From Candidatus Lernaella stagnicola (GTDB lineage Bacteria > Lernaellota > Lernaellaia > Lernaellales > Lernaellaceae), in the NCBI GenBank assembly GCA_030765525.1, contig JAVCCK010000034.1:244710-308709 (forward strand): a stretch of 64,000 nucleotides of DNA, in the 5' to 3' direction. Within the stretch, counting starts at the first letter, position 1; each line of letters starts with the position of its first letter. Below the pieces are notes generated by a model that was not told the DNA's origin, made no database searches, and worked only from the letters and a program-made list of their open reading frames with translations. This document shows positions 49,012 through 58,724 of this stretch, one piece after another. The translations under genes were made by a program, and so were the position numbers.

Positions 49012-50367
49012 GTGATTCAAAACGAGCGAATTCGCGTCCTCCAACACGGCAAACGGGAACGGGGCGATTACGTCCTGTATTGGATGCAGGTTTCGCAACG
49101 GGTGGTCGACAACCACGCGCTGGAACACGCCGTCGATCTGGCTAACCAACGCGACCTGCCGGTGCTCGTTTTTTTTGGGCTCACCGGCGTCTACCCCCAG
49201 GCCAACCTGCGCCACTACCGTTTCATGATCGAAGGACTCATCGAGACCGCTGCCGCGCTCGAACGCCGCGGCATCAAGTTCGTTGTTCAGCAAACCTCCC
49301 CGCCGATGGGAGCCCGACGGCTGGCCCGCCGCGCGGCGATCGTTGTCACCGATTGCGGGTACACGCGCGTGCAAAGGGACTGGCGCCGCGATCTGGCCGC
49401 CCGCGTGGAGGCGCCGTTCATCCAGGTGGAAAGCGACGTCGTCGTGCCCGTGACGACCGCGAGCGGCAAGGACGAATTCGGCGCGTATACGCTGCGGCCA
49501 AAGATCTACCGCCTACTGGACGACTTCCTCGTGCCGGTGCGAAAGCGCCGCGTAAAGAAGCAGTCTCTCGGATTGTCGGTTGACGGGCGGGTCTTGCCCT
49601 TGGACGTCGATGCGATCCTGCGACGCCTGCGAACCGATAGATCGGTGGCGCCCGTCGTGAACGTGACCGGTGGAACCGCCGCGGCCAAGCGGCGTTTGCA
49701 GGCTTTTCTGCGGCGCGATTTGGATCGCTATGCCGACGAGCGCAACGATCCCAACGCGAACGCCACCTCGGGGCTGAGCGCCTATCTGCACTTCGGGAAC
49801 ATCTCGCCACTGACGATTGCGCTGGCGACACGGAAGGTGGAAGGGAAGGGCAAGGCGGCGTTTCTCGAGGAACTGATCGTGCGCCGCGAGTTGGCGATGA
49901 ACTTTTGCTTCTTCAACGAGCGTTACGATTCCTTCGACGGCTTGCCGCCGTGGGCGCTCAAAACCCTTGGCGAACACGCTGCCGATCCACGGGAATACGA
50001 GTACGAATGGGACGAATGGGAAAACGCCGCCACGCACGACCCGTATTGGAATGCGGCCCAAAACGAAATGCGCTTCACCGGCCGCATGCACGGCTACATG
50101 CGCATGTATTGGGGAAAGAAAATCCTTGAGTGGACCCGCAATCCGAGGCGGGCGTATGAAATCGCCGTGGCGCTCAACGACCGCTACGAACTCGATGGTC
50201 GCGACCCCAACGGATACGCGGGCATTGCGTGGTGCCTCGGCAAGCACGACCGTGCGTGGGGCGAGCGGCCCGTGTTCGGCAAAATCCGCTACATGAACGA
50301 CAAAGGACTACGCCGTAAATTCGACGCCGACGCTTATGTGCGGCGTGTCGCGGCGCTCGCTCCTTAA
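49012..50367 (+). CDS. phr: deoxyribodipyrimidine photolyase, class II
   Basis: RVLQHGKRERGDYVLYWMQVSQRVVDNHAL N-terminus is characteristic of class II CPD photolyases. FAD-binding region near the C-terminus. Confidence 0.85.
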   Translation: MIQNERIRVLQHGKRERGDYVLYWMQVSQRVVDNHALEHAVDLANQRDLPVLVFFGLTGVYPQANLRHYRFMIEGLIETAAALERRGIKFVVQQTSPPMGARRLARRAAIVVTDCGYTRVQRDWRRDLAARVEAPFIQVESDVVVPVTTASGKDEFGAYTLRPKIYRLLDDFLVPVRKRRVKKQSLGLSVDGRVLPLDVDAILRRLRTDRSVAPVVNVTGGTAAAKRRLQAFLRRDLDRYADERNDPNANATSGLSAYLHFGNISPLTIALATRKVEGKGKAAFLEELIVRRELAMNFCFFNERYDSFDGLPPWALKTLGEHAADPREYEYEWDEWENAATHDPYWNAAQNEMRFTGRMHGYMRMYWGKKILEWTRNPRRAYEIAVALNDRYELDGRDPNGYAGIAWCLGKHDRAWGERPVFGKIRYMNDKGLRRKFDADAYVRRVAALAP

Positions 50368-51659
50368 GCGCGTTCCCAAATCATCGCACTGCCGCAACCG
50401 CCGCCGCCGCACGCGGCCACGAGCCCGAAACGCCCATCTTCGCGTTGCAGGCGATTGGCGCAGGTGGTCGCCAAGCGCGCGCCCGTCGCGCCGAAAGGGT
50501 GCCCCAGCGACAACGAACCGCCGAACGGATTCACGCGGTCCATATCGATCTTGGCGATGGCCGAGGATCGGCCGAATTTCTCCTTGGCGAACTCCTTGCT
50601 TTCCAGCAGGCGCATCACCGCGAGCATTTGCGCGGCGAACGCTTCGTGAATCTCGATGATATCCAGGTCGCTGAATTGCAGGCCCGCGCGCTCCAATGCC
50701 AGCGGCGTGGCGTATGCGGGCCCGAGCAGCAACTCTTCCAAGGGATCGGTCCCGGCGTAGGCGTACGACCGCAAGTAGGCTTTGGGTTCCAGACCTAACT
50801 CCCGCGCCTTGTCTTCACTCATCAACAAGACGACTGCGGCGCCGTCGGTCAGGAACGAGGCGTTCGCCGCAGTCACGGTGCCGTCTTTCGAAAACACGGG
50901 ACGAAGGGATGCGACCTTTTCCAATGAAGTATCGGGCCGAGGGCCGTTATCGCGTGAAATCGTTTTGTCATTCAGCGTCACCGGAGCGATTTCGGATTCC
51001 AGTATTCCCGATTCCTGCGCCGCGGCAGATAGCTTGTGCGAGCGCACCGCGAATTCATCCTGCTCCGCCCGACTGATACCCAGCCGCTTGGCGAGGCGGT
51101 CTGCGTTTTGGCCCATCGAAAGGCCCGTCGAAAATTCATTGATGGCGAAAGCTTCGGGCGCCAGATCCTTCGGCCGCACGTCGGCGAACAGGCGCAGGTA
51201 ATCCATGAAACCCTTTGCCTTGCGCATGGCCATGAACTTTTGCCGCATCTTGCGCTGGTAGTGCAGGGGCGGGTCCGAGAGCGTGTCCACGCCCCCGGCC
51301 AAGGCGACGTCGGCATAGCCGCGGTAAATGATATCCGCGGCGCCGGTGATGGCTTGGTTGGCCGACACGCAAGCTGCGGAAACCGTATGGGCGTTGATCG
51401 TGTGCGGTAGTTCGGCGGCGAAGCCCACTTCACGGGCGATGTTATGCGTTTTGACTTCGTGTACCGTCGTCCCGAAAATCAGGTACTCCACTTCGCTGCT
51501 CGGCAGCCCCGTTTTTTCCATCAACGCCCGCACCGCGAATTCGCCGAGCTGATAACCCATCAAATTCTTATAGCCGGTAGCGCTGCGCTGAAAAGGTACG
51601 CGGACGCCGTCAATGAGCACGACGCGCGCCGGGACATTCGTAGAGCCTTTTGTTGCCAT
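50364..51659 (-). CDS. acetyl-CoA C-acyltransferase (thiolase)
   Basis: Thiolase N-terminus VVLIDGVRVPFQRS with active-site Cys region, and C-terminal GGGCGSAMIWERA thiolase signature. Start MATKGST chosen. Confidence 0.85.
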   Translation of the reverse strand: MATKGSTNVPARVVLIDGVRVPFQRSATGYKNLMGYQLGEFAVRALMEKTGLPSSEVEYLIFGTTVHEVKTHNIAREVGFAAELPHTINAHTVSAACVSANQAITGAADIIYRGYADVALAGGVDTLSDPPLHYQRKMRQKFMAMRKAKGFMDYLRLFADVRPKDLAPEAFAINEFSTGLSMGQNADRLAKRLGISRAEQDEFAVRSHKLSAAAQESGILESEIAPVTLNDKTISRDNGPRPDTSLEKVASLRPVFSKDGTVTAANASFLTDGAAVVLLMSEDKARELGLEPKAYLRSYAYAGTDPLEELLLGPAYATPLALERAGLQFSDLDIIEIHEAFAAQMLAVMRLLESKEFAKEKFGRSSAIAKIDMDRVNPFGGSLSLGHPFGATGARLATTCANRLQREDGRFGLVAACGGGGCGSAMIWERA

Positions 51660-51821
51660 CTCCGACCCCCGGATAAGTTTACATGTATGAAGGTTGCCTC
51701 TCACGGTACCAACAGCGAACACGTGAAGCAAACGCACGGTTTGACTTCTCCTTTTTAGAGAACGTATTCTGAAATCACTGAAACCCTCTGCATTCGTCGT
51801 GCATGAAAGACGAGGTCCACC

Positions 51822-53663
51822 ATGCCTAAGTGGGAAGAAACCCTTGCCGAAGCCCGCCGACAGTTAGAAAAACGCAATGCAAAGGCGGCGCTGATGCTCT
51901 TTGAACGAGCTCACGAGGAAGTCGTGGCCGAACACGGCGAAGATCACTGTTGCGAAGCCGAGGTGATCGCCGAAATCGCCAACGCGCACATCTGGTACCG
52001 TGACGACCGCGAGAGCGCTGCCGCGGCGTTGCACGAGGCCGCCCGCATCATCGGGAGACTTCCGGACGACATAAGCATCGTGCCTGACCTGGCCGACATC
52101 GGTTTGAACTTATTTATCGTCGGCGAGGTGAAGCGCGCCCATGAACTCGCGCTTCGTGCCCACAAGATATTCATGGACACGACCACTCGTCGTCTCGACG
52201 TGCGCAAGTCGCACGTCAGATCGGCCGCGACCGAGCTTTTGCTCAGCCTCAACATGATGGGGCTATCGCAGGAAATCGGGCTGGTAGTCGGCAAGTTCGT
52301 GGCGCCGCTGCTCAAGCGCAACAAGTTGGCGCATTTTGCGCTCGATGAAATTCAACTACTCGGGCTTTCGTGCGAGCGCGCCTTGCAGGCCGGCCTTGCG
52401 GGCCAGTTCTATCGCTACGCGACCGACATGCTGGCTCACGAGAAGCACCCCGAGCAGTTTAATTTTGGCGAGGTGCTGGCGCAGGTGGCGCAGCAACTCG
52501 AAAACTTCGGCAAGCCCGACAACGCGCTGGTCCTTTTTCATTATGCCGAGGTCGTTCAGCGGCAGGTGTTCGGACACGATCACCCGCACTGTTTGTGGGC
52601 GATCACGCGCCTGATTCAGAAATACATCCAACACGGTGAACTGCAGAAGGCCGAGTTGATGATCGTCAACGAATCCGAGCGCCAAATCTATCATCTGCCC
52701 GACCATCCGGATAAGGCCGCGTTCTACAACTTCCTCGGGTATTACAGCAGCATTCTCGGCGACTTCGACACCGCCCAACTGCTGCTCTCTCAGGGCGTGC
52801 GCATGCTGGAACGGATGCACGGTTGGGACAGCCCGAAGATGGCCCCAGCGTTGCTCGATCTCGGCCGCGTGTATTACCAGCAAAGCCGCTACTACGCGGC
52901 GATTCGCAACTTGGAGCGCTCGCTCGAACTGCAACTCGACAACCGCCGCTTCGATCCCGACATGCTGCTCGACACCTTCGAGTGGCTCGCCACCGTCCTT
53001 TGGTGGGAGGAAAGCGCGCTCAACGTGGCCATCGGCCGCATGACCGTCTTTGAACGGCGCGAATACATTAAGCCCGACAAACTCGAGCGGCGCATTCACG
53101 CCGGCATCCGCCGTCTGGAAACGAAATACCGCCGCGCCGTCGTGCTGCTTCAGAAAAAGGAAGGTCGCGACGGTGGCCACCGCATCAAACTTATGACCGC
53201 GATGGCCGATTTTTACATCCATTTCCAGCGCCTCGACAAAGCCGAAGTCGTGCTGGATGAACTCCGTAAACTGGTTGAGAAAATGCCCGGCGATCAACTC
53301 GCGCGTGTCATCGTCAATAGCCGGTGCGGAATCATCTACCGCGCCAAACGGGCGGTGAAAAAAGCCGAAAAGTGTTTGAAGGCCGCCATCGCGGAAGCCG
53401 AAAAGCTCGACGCCGAGCAGGCGATGTACTACCGCGCCGATAGCTATCGCGAATTGGGACGCGTGCAACTGGTCCGCCGCGACCATGCCGGCGCGCTGCC
53501 GTTCTTCGAAGAAGCCGCCGCGCTCTTCAGCAATCTGACAATGGATGGCGCGGCCGAAGCGACGCTGGAAGAAATGCTGCAAATCCACGACGCCCTGGAC
53601 GATCGCAAAGGAGCCCGACGCACCAAACGCCGCCTGAATGCCCTGCGCCGTCGAGAAGACTAG
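51822..53663 (+). CDS. cytoplasmic TPR-like repeat protein
   Basis: TPR_12-like repeats (HPHCLWAITRLIQKYIQHGELQKAE; MAPALLDLGRVYYQQSRYYAAIRNLERSLEL). Confidence 0.5.
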   Translation: MPKWEETLAEARRQLEKRNAKAALMLFERAHEEVVAEHGEDHCCEAEVIAEIANAHIWYRDDRESAAAALHEAARIIGRLPDDISIVPDLADIGLNLFIVGEVKRAHELALRAHKIFMDTTTRRLDVRKSHVRSAATELLLSLNMMGLSQEIGLVVGKFVAPLLKRNKLAHFALDEIQLLGLSCERALQAGLAGQFYRYATDMLAHEKHPEQFNFGEVLAQVAQQLENFGKPDNALVLFHYAEVVQRQVFGHDHPHCLWAITRLIQKYIQHGELQKAELMIVNESERQIYHLPDHPDKAAFYNFLGYYSSILGDFDTAQLLLSQGVRMLERMHGWDSPKMAPALLDLGRVYYQQSRYYAAIRNLERSLELQLDNRRFDPDMLLDTFEWLATVLWWEESALNVAIGRMTVFERREYIKPDKLERRIHAGIRRLETKYRRAVVLLQKKEGRDGGHRIKLMTAMADFYIHFQRLDKAEVVLDELRKLVEKMPGDQLARVIVNSRCGIIYRAKRAVKKAEKCLKAAIAEAEKLDAEQAMYYRADSYRELGRVQLVRRDHAGALPFFEEAAALFSNLTMDGAAEATLEEMLQIHDALDDRKGARRTKRRLNALRRRED

Positions 53664-53762
53664 GCGCCGCGCGCCCGGGAACCGCGGCCAAACAAAGATT
53701 GTCCGATGGAGTAGAGCGAACTCACGCCGCGCCGTGGTGCCCCATTAATCCGAAGAGTCGAT

Positions 53763-55649
53763 ATGAACGAGCAAGCCGTCCTGTTTCGTAAAGCGCCGCT
53801 CTCTGAAGACGACCTGGTCGCTCGCGCCAAGCGATTGCACGAACGCTTCGGTCTCGCCCTGTACCAAACTCGTCTGGCGTTGAGCGGGCAGGGGCTGGGC
53901 ATGTTGCGGCCCGGCGACGCCGCGCAGGTCGAAGCGTTGGCCGCCGACATGCGCGACCTGGGCTATCAAACCGCGCTGGTGCCCAACGAACGGCCGCGGC
54001 GGCAAGCCGACCTTGTTCGACGGTTTACGGCATACGAAGACCGCATCGATTTCGAAGGCCACTTCGAGACACGCTCGCTGCGGAAAGGGGCGCGGCTCAT
54101 CGTTGTGCTGGCGGCGACCGAGCCGGCGTTGATCAGCAAGCTCATGCTTCGTTCCGTGTATACGGGCGGCCGCAAGCCCAGGATCGCCGAAGTGGAAAAG
54201 CGCGACGCCATTTTCCGCGCCGGGCCGACGCTTGATATTTACGAACTCGACGCCGACTCGGGCCTGCCGATATTGCGCATCATGCCGGGACGATTCGATG
54301 CCTCCTCGCTCGGCGAAGCCGCTACCGCCAGCGCGGTCGAAAATTTCCGACGCGTGTTGCGGCTGCTCGACGACTTTGCCGGCGAGTTGATTGTGGAAAC
54401 CGATTTCGGTTTGTTCCAACTTCCACATTGCATTTTCGACACAGCGGGCGGACCCGAAGCCCGTGAAAACAACCTAGCCAACGCCCTGGCGTACGGCGCC
54501 TACGTTTGCGCGCTGCAGCAGCAGGATCCATCCTCCGCCAAAGTGAGCCGAAGTGTATTCGGGGCTGACGACAGCGAGGGAAAAACCAGGGAAGCCGTTG
54601 CTCAAGCCGCGGAATTAGCCGGAGTCGTCGACAGCTTTCTGCCTCCGCCGCCGCCGATCGCGCCGCTGGCATGGTGGCGGACGTTTCAGGTTTGGCACGT
54701 GTTCGCGGTGGGTTTCTACTCTCTTTGGTTTCTCGGTTTTCCATTGTTGACTCGCGTAGCGCGTTCTGGTGTCGCCGACACCCTTTTTCATTGGGGTTGG
54801 CAGCGCGGTCTGTTTTTCGTTGCTTCGACAGCGATACTGATCCACCTCAGTTTTTTCTTTCTGCGGCGCAAACGTTTGATGGACAACACGCCGACCTCCA
54901 AAGCGCGATCAATGGCCATGGGATTTGTGGAAATGAAAGGCACGGCGTGGCGGCGGTTCAATTTGATCTCGCCGATCAGCCAGACGCCCTGCGTGTTCTA
55001 CCGCGTGCGCCGCTACGAAAAACGCAGCGGCCGTCACGGCGAAGACTACTGGGTGCCGGTTTCCGTAAAGGAAAGCGGTTCGGTGCCCTTCGAGCTGCGC
55101 GACGAAACCGGCGCGGTCACGATCGACCCGCGTGGCGCGAAGGTCAAAGCTTCCCACAAGCGAAGCTCGATGGGCGAAATGGACGTCTTTCTCGGGTCGG
55201 GAGCCAGCATGGAAAGTGACGTCAAGCACGTGGAGGAAATCATCCCCGAGGGAACGTCCGTTTACGTGCTCGGTTTCGCCGAGCCGGGGGAAACCGAAAA
55301 ACCCGATTTGCGTCGCCGCGTGCTGGAGAAACTTCGCTTCTTGAAGCAGAATAAAAACAAGTTGATGGAATTTGACGCCAACCGCGACGACCGCATCGAC
55401 GAGCACGAATGGGATCAAGCGCGCGCCGCCGTGCATGACGAGGTTTATCGCGATACCGTCGAAGCCTCGCTGGCGGAGGGAGGCGCCGGACCGCAAGCGG
55501 TGATTCGCAAGCCGCCGGCCGGCCTGCCTTTCGTGATCGCCGAAAAAAGCGAAGAAACCATGACCACGATCTATGGATTCTCAGCCGTCGGGTTCCTGGC
55601 GCTGGCGATCGGTTCGCTCGCCACGGGCTTGGTCTTACTGCTAGGATAG
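53763..55649 (+). CDS. membrane protein with TM hairpin, EF-hand-like loop and C-terminal tail anchor (LemA-associated)
   Basis: Two central TM helices, a C-terminal TM, and an EF-hand-like loop DANRDDRIDEHE (about 55380). Confidence 0.5.
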   Translation: MNEQAVLFRKAPLSEDDLVARAKRLHERFGLALYQTRLALSGQGLGMLRPGDAAQVEALAADMRDLGYQTALVPNERPRRQADLVRRFTAYEDRIDFEGHFETRSLRKGARLIVVLAATEPALISKLMLRSVYTGGRKPRIAEVEKRDAIFRAGPTLDIYELDADSGLPILRIMPGRFDASSLGEAATASAVENFRRVLRLLDDFAGELIVETDFGLFQLPHCIFDTAGGPEARENNLANALAYGAYVCALQQQDPSSAKVSRSVFGADDSEGKTREAVAQAAELAGVVDSFLPPPPPIAPLAWWRTFQVWHVFAVGFYSLWFLGFPLLTRVARSGVADTLFHWGWQRGLFFVASTAILIHLSFFFLRRKRLMDNTPTSKARSMAMGFVEMKGTAWRRFNLISPISQTPCVFYRVRRYEKRSGRHGEDYWVPVSVKESGSVPFELRDETGAVTIDPRGAKVKASHKRSSMGEMDVFLGSGASMESDVKHVEEIIPEGTSVYVLGFAEPGETEKPDLRRRVLEKLRFLKQNKNKLMEFDANRDDRIDEHEWDQARAAVHDEVYRDTVEASLAEGGAGPQAVIRKPPAGLPFVIAEKSEETMTTIYGFSAVGFLALAIGSLATGLVLLLG

Positions 55650-55664
55650 AATTCGGGAGGGCAG

Positions 55665-56255
55665 ATGATTTTCCTATCCGCCGTGTTCATCGTTTTTGCC
55701 GTGATCGTCGTGCTGCTCATCTCCGCGGGAATCTACGCGGTCGTGATCTATAACGGCTTGGTGCGCCTGCGCAACAACATCGACCGGAACTGGAGCAACA
55801 TCGACGTGCTGCTCAAACAACGCACCGACGAAATTCCTCGCCTGGTCGCCGTTTGCGAGGGGTACATGCGGCACGAACGCAATACGTTGGAAGCCGTTAC
55901 CCAGGCGCGGGCGTCGGCGATTCGGCCCGGCGGCGGAGCCACTGCGGGCCAACAGGAAATTACGGCGCAGAACAACATCAGCCATGCGCTGAAATCGCTT
56001 TTTGCCGTAGTCGAAAATTATCCCGACCTGAAGGCCGACCAGGCGTTTCGGCAGTTGCAGAACCGCATCACGCAGCTCGAAGATCAGATCGCCGACCGGC
56101 GCGAATTCTTCAACGAATCGGTCAACCTCTACAACATCGCCATCGAGCAGTTTCCCGACGCAATCATCGCGCGCCTGGCCGGATGCCGGCCGCGGGTACT
56201 CTGGGAAATCGCCGCCGAAGACCGCGCCGTGCCTTCCGCAAGTATAAAGCAGTAG
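55665..56255 (+). CDS. LemA family protein
   Basis: N-terminal TM plus YNGLVRLRNNIDRNWSNIDVLLKQR...ENYPDLKA is a LemA signature. GGGAGGG RBS. Confidence 0.85.
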   Translation: MIFLSAVFIVFAVIVVLLISAGIYAVVIYNGLVRLRNNIDRNWSNIDVLLKQRTDEIPRLVAVCEGYMRHERNTLEAVTQARASAIRPGGGATAGQQEITAQNNISHALKSLFAVVENYPDLKADQAFRQLQNRITQLEDQIADRREFFNESVNLYNIAIEQFPDAIIARLAGCRPRVLWEIAAEDRAVPSASIKQ

Positions 56256-56292
56256 TTTAAGTTATATGCTATAATACCATGAATAATAAGGG

Positions 56293-58212
56293 CTATTCAT
56301 CTCCTGGTGAGGCATCCTTTGCAATCATTTCATTGATGCGCGCCGCGAAAGCTTGGACGTCGGTCACGCGTGAACCTTCCCCCAAGAGAGCCTGGTCGTA
56401 AAGCAATCTCGCGTAACTTTGCAGACGCGGGTCGTCGGGGTTCTTCTCGAAGAGCGCTTGAATCGCCGCCACCGACGCATGTTCGGCGTTGAGTTCCAGA
56501 ATGCGCGCTGCGTCCGGCACGTCCTCCTGCCCTAAGGTCTTGAGCAGCGCCTGCATGTGAGGATTGAGCGCGCCTTCCTCCACGACGAGCACGACCGCGC
56601 TGTCCTTCAGCCGCCCGGAGAGCCGGACATCCTTGACCTCGGGGACGGCCTGCCGGAACAAGTCGAGCAGACCTGCAAACGTCTTTCCGGTTTCCTCGCG
56701 GGCCGCTTTTTCCGCCTCGTCGCTCAGGTCGCCCTTGTCGACGGCTTTGAACGGTTTTTCCTTGTAGGCCATCAAGTGGCTGGTCACCCATTCGTCGATC
56801 GGGTCGGTCATCAGCAGTACTTCCTGATCGCGGGCGCGGAAAAGCTCGAGGTAGGCCGAACTCTCCATCACCTCCCGGCTCGATCCGACCAGGTAAAAGA
56901 TGTCGGTTTGGGCCACGGGCATCGACACGAGATATTTCGCCAGCGACGTAAACGCGCCCGGTTGGGTTTTCGTCGACTCGAAGCGCAACAGGTCGGCCAA
57001 TCGTTCGCGGTTGGCGAAGTCGGTGTAGACACCCATCTTGAGCAACGAGCCCCATTCCTGGAAAAAGGCGTCGTAGGCTGTCGGGTCTTCGGTCGCCATC
57101 TCCTCAAGCGTGGATAGGATTTTGTTGACCAACGCTTTCTGGATGCGGGCGATCAACGGATTGTCCTGCATCATTTCGCGCGACACGTTCAGCGGCAGGT
57201 CCGACGCGTCCACCAAGCCGCGCACGAAACGCAGGTAGGGCGGCAGCAAAGCCTCGGCGTTGTCGGTGATGAACACGCGGCGGATGTACAAATGCGGACC
57301 TTGCTTCGTCGGGTCCTGCGACGCGAAAAACGGCGGCCGTTTCGCCGGCAGATAGAGCAGGGCACGGAACTCCAGGTTGCCCTCGGCCACGTAATGGATT
57401 ACGCGGGCCGGGTCTTCCGAATCGCGGGCCAGGTGCTTGTAGAAGTCGTGGTATTCCTCTTGTTCGATGTCGCTTTTGGCCCGCCGCCAAATCGCCTGGC
57501 CCGAATTCAGGACCTCCTCGACGATCTCGACCTTCTCTGGAGCGTCTTCTTCGCCGTTGGTGGGTGACACGGTCTTTTCCACGTCCATCACCACCGGATG
57601 CTCGACGAAATCCGAAAACTTCTTGACCACCGTGCGCAGGAAGTACTCGTCCAAGTACTCCAAGGCCTCTTCGCGCAGGTGCAGGGTTACGTCCGTGCCC
57701 CGCGTTTCCTTGCGGATCTGTTCGATCTTGTAGGTTCCCTGGCCGGTGGACGACCAGCGCACGCCCAACTCTGGATCGCCCGCCATGCGGCTTTCCACCA
57801 CCACGTTTTCGGCCACCATGAACGACGCGTAGAATCCCACGCCGAACTGGCCGATCAGCTCGGGCCGGTTGGCGGCGTCGGCATCCTGCAGTTCGGCCAG
57901 GAACTCAGCGGTTCCCGAGCGGGCGATCGAACCGAGCTGGTCGCCGACGGTTTCCATCGACATGCCGAGGCCGTTATCCGAAATGGTTAGGGTCTTCGTT
58001 TCCCGGTTTGGAATGAGTTTGATCTTCCAGTCCGCGTTGTCTTCGAGCACGTCGGGCTTGGTCAGGCCCTCAAAGCGCACCTTATCGATCGCGTCCACCG
58101 CGTTGGAAATCAGTTCGCGCAGGAATATCTCCTGGTTGGAATACAGCGAATGGATGATGATATCCATCAACTGCTTCATTTCCGCTTTGAATTTTCGCGT
58201 CTTCGCCGCCAT
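56293..58212 (-). CDS. htpG: molecular chaperone HtpG (Hsp90)
   Basis: MKQLMDIIIHSLYSNQEIFLRELISNAVDAIDK GHKL ATPase N-terminus, full Hsp90 length. Confidence 0.95.
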   Translation of the reverse strand: MAAKTRKFKAEMKQLMDIIIHSLYSNQEIFLRELISNAVDAIDKVRFEGLTKPDVLEDNADWKIKLIPNRETKTLTISDNGLGMSMETVGDQLGSIARSGTAEFLAELQDADAANRPELIGQFGVGFYASFMVAENVVVESRMAGDPELGVRWSSTGQGTYKIEQIRKETRGTDVTLHLREEALEYLDEYFLRTVVKKFSDFVEHPVVMDVEKTVSPTNGEEDAPEKVEIVEEVLNSGQAIWRRAKSDIEQEEYHDFYKHLARDSEDPARVIHYVAEGNLEFRALLYLPAKRPPFFASQDPTKQGPHLYIRRVFITDNAEALLPPYLRFVRGLVDASDLPLNVSREMMQDNPLIARIQKALVNKILSTLEEMATEDPTAYDAFFQEWGSLLKMGVYTDFANRERLADLLRFESTKTQPGAFTSLAKYLVSMPVAQTDIFYLVGSSREVMESSAYLELFRARDQEVLLMTDPIDEWVTSHLMAYKEKPFKAVDKGDLSDEAEKAAREETGKTFAGLLDLFRQAVPEVKDVRLSGRLKDSAVVLVVEEGALNPHMQALLKTLGQEDVPDAARILELNAEHASVAAIQALFEKNPDDPRLQSYARLLYDQALLGEGSRVTDVQAFAARINEMIAKDASPGDE

Positions 58213-58408
58213 GTCTATCTCTCCCGTCGATTCAAGGTTCACGCATTGTTAATGTTTTGAGATTCGAGCAACGGCAATTTAATACCTCGTCACACAATTT
58301 CAAGCCCGCCGCGTTTATCGATGCGTGCCGTAAGCCCTGCAACCAGGCTGAGCCTGGACCGGACAAGGTCCGGGGCTAGGACCGAGAGCATCTATCGACG
58401 ATGTTGTT

Positions 58409-58515
58409 GCAGCGACCGGCGTCTTCGCCGCCTTTGCGAGCCCGGACAAGGGGACCGCGTGCACCCGACGACAATGCCGTCACAGCGACCGGCGTCTTCG
58501 TCGCCTTTGCGAGCC
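58409..58515. repeat. two-copy 33-bp direct repeat (1 mismatch, period 74 bp) in the htpG-rnhB intergenic region
   Basis: CAGCGACCGGCGTCTTCG[C/T]CGCCTTTGCGAGCC at 58410-58442 and 58484-58515. Flanking CCGGACAAGG is also repeated (58357, 58442). Confidence 0.5.
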
Positions 58516-58672
58516 TCACTTGCGGCATGCACGATCACCGGCTTTGCATAAACCACAACGGCAGGAACCCTCAACTTGTGGCGCAGCCGCGCCCGGCTGC
58601 GAAATGACATCACACAAAACCGTAGGAGCGACTTCAGTCGCGATCCAGGTTTCGCAACCACCCTCAAATTTT

Positions 58673-58701
58673 TGACACTCCGCACGAAAGCGGCTATCCT
58701 G
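58673..58701 (+). promoter_or_regulatory. candidate sigma70 promoter TTGACA-N17-TATCCT upstream of rnhB
   Basis: Hexamers read from the sequence, 24 nt upstream of the rnhB GTG. Confidence 0.35.
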
Positions 58702-58724
58702 AGCCGACTTGGGCGGAGGCGCGC

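Noticed and set aside
52356-53588. 410-aa ORF antisense to the 51822 TPR gene; similarly 43053-44075 antisense to the endopeptidase and 35937-36662 antisense to the alpha/beta hydrolase
   Set aside because: GC-frame shadow ORFs opposite genes with recognisable domain motifs.
58409-58515. Possible CRISPR array
   Set aside because: Only two repeat units, spacer length unlike repeat length, and no cas genes anywhere in the window. Called a regulatory direct repeat instead.
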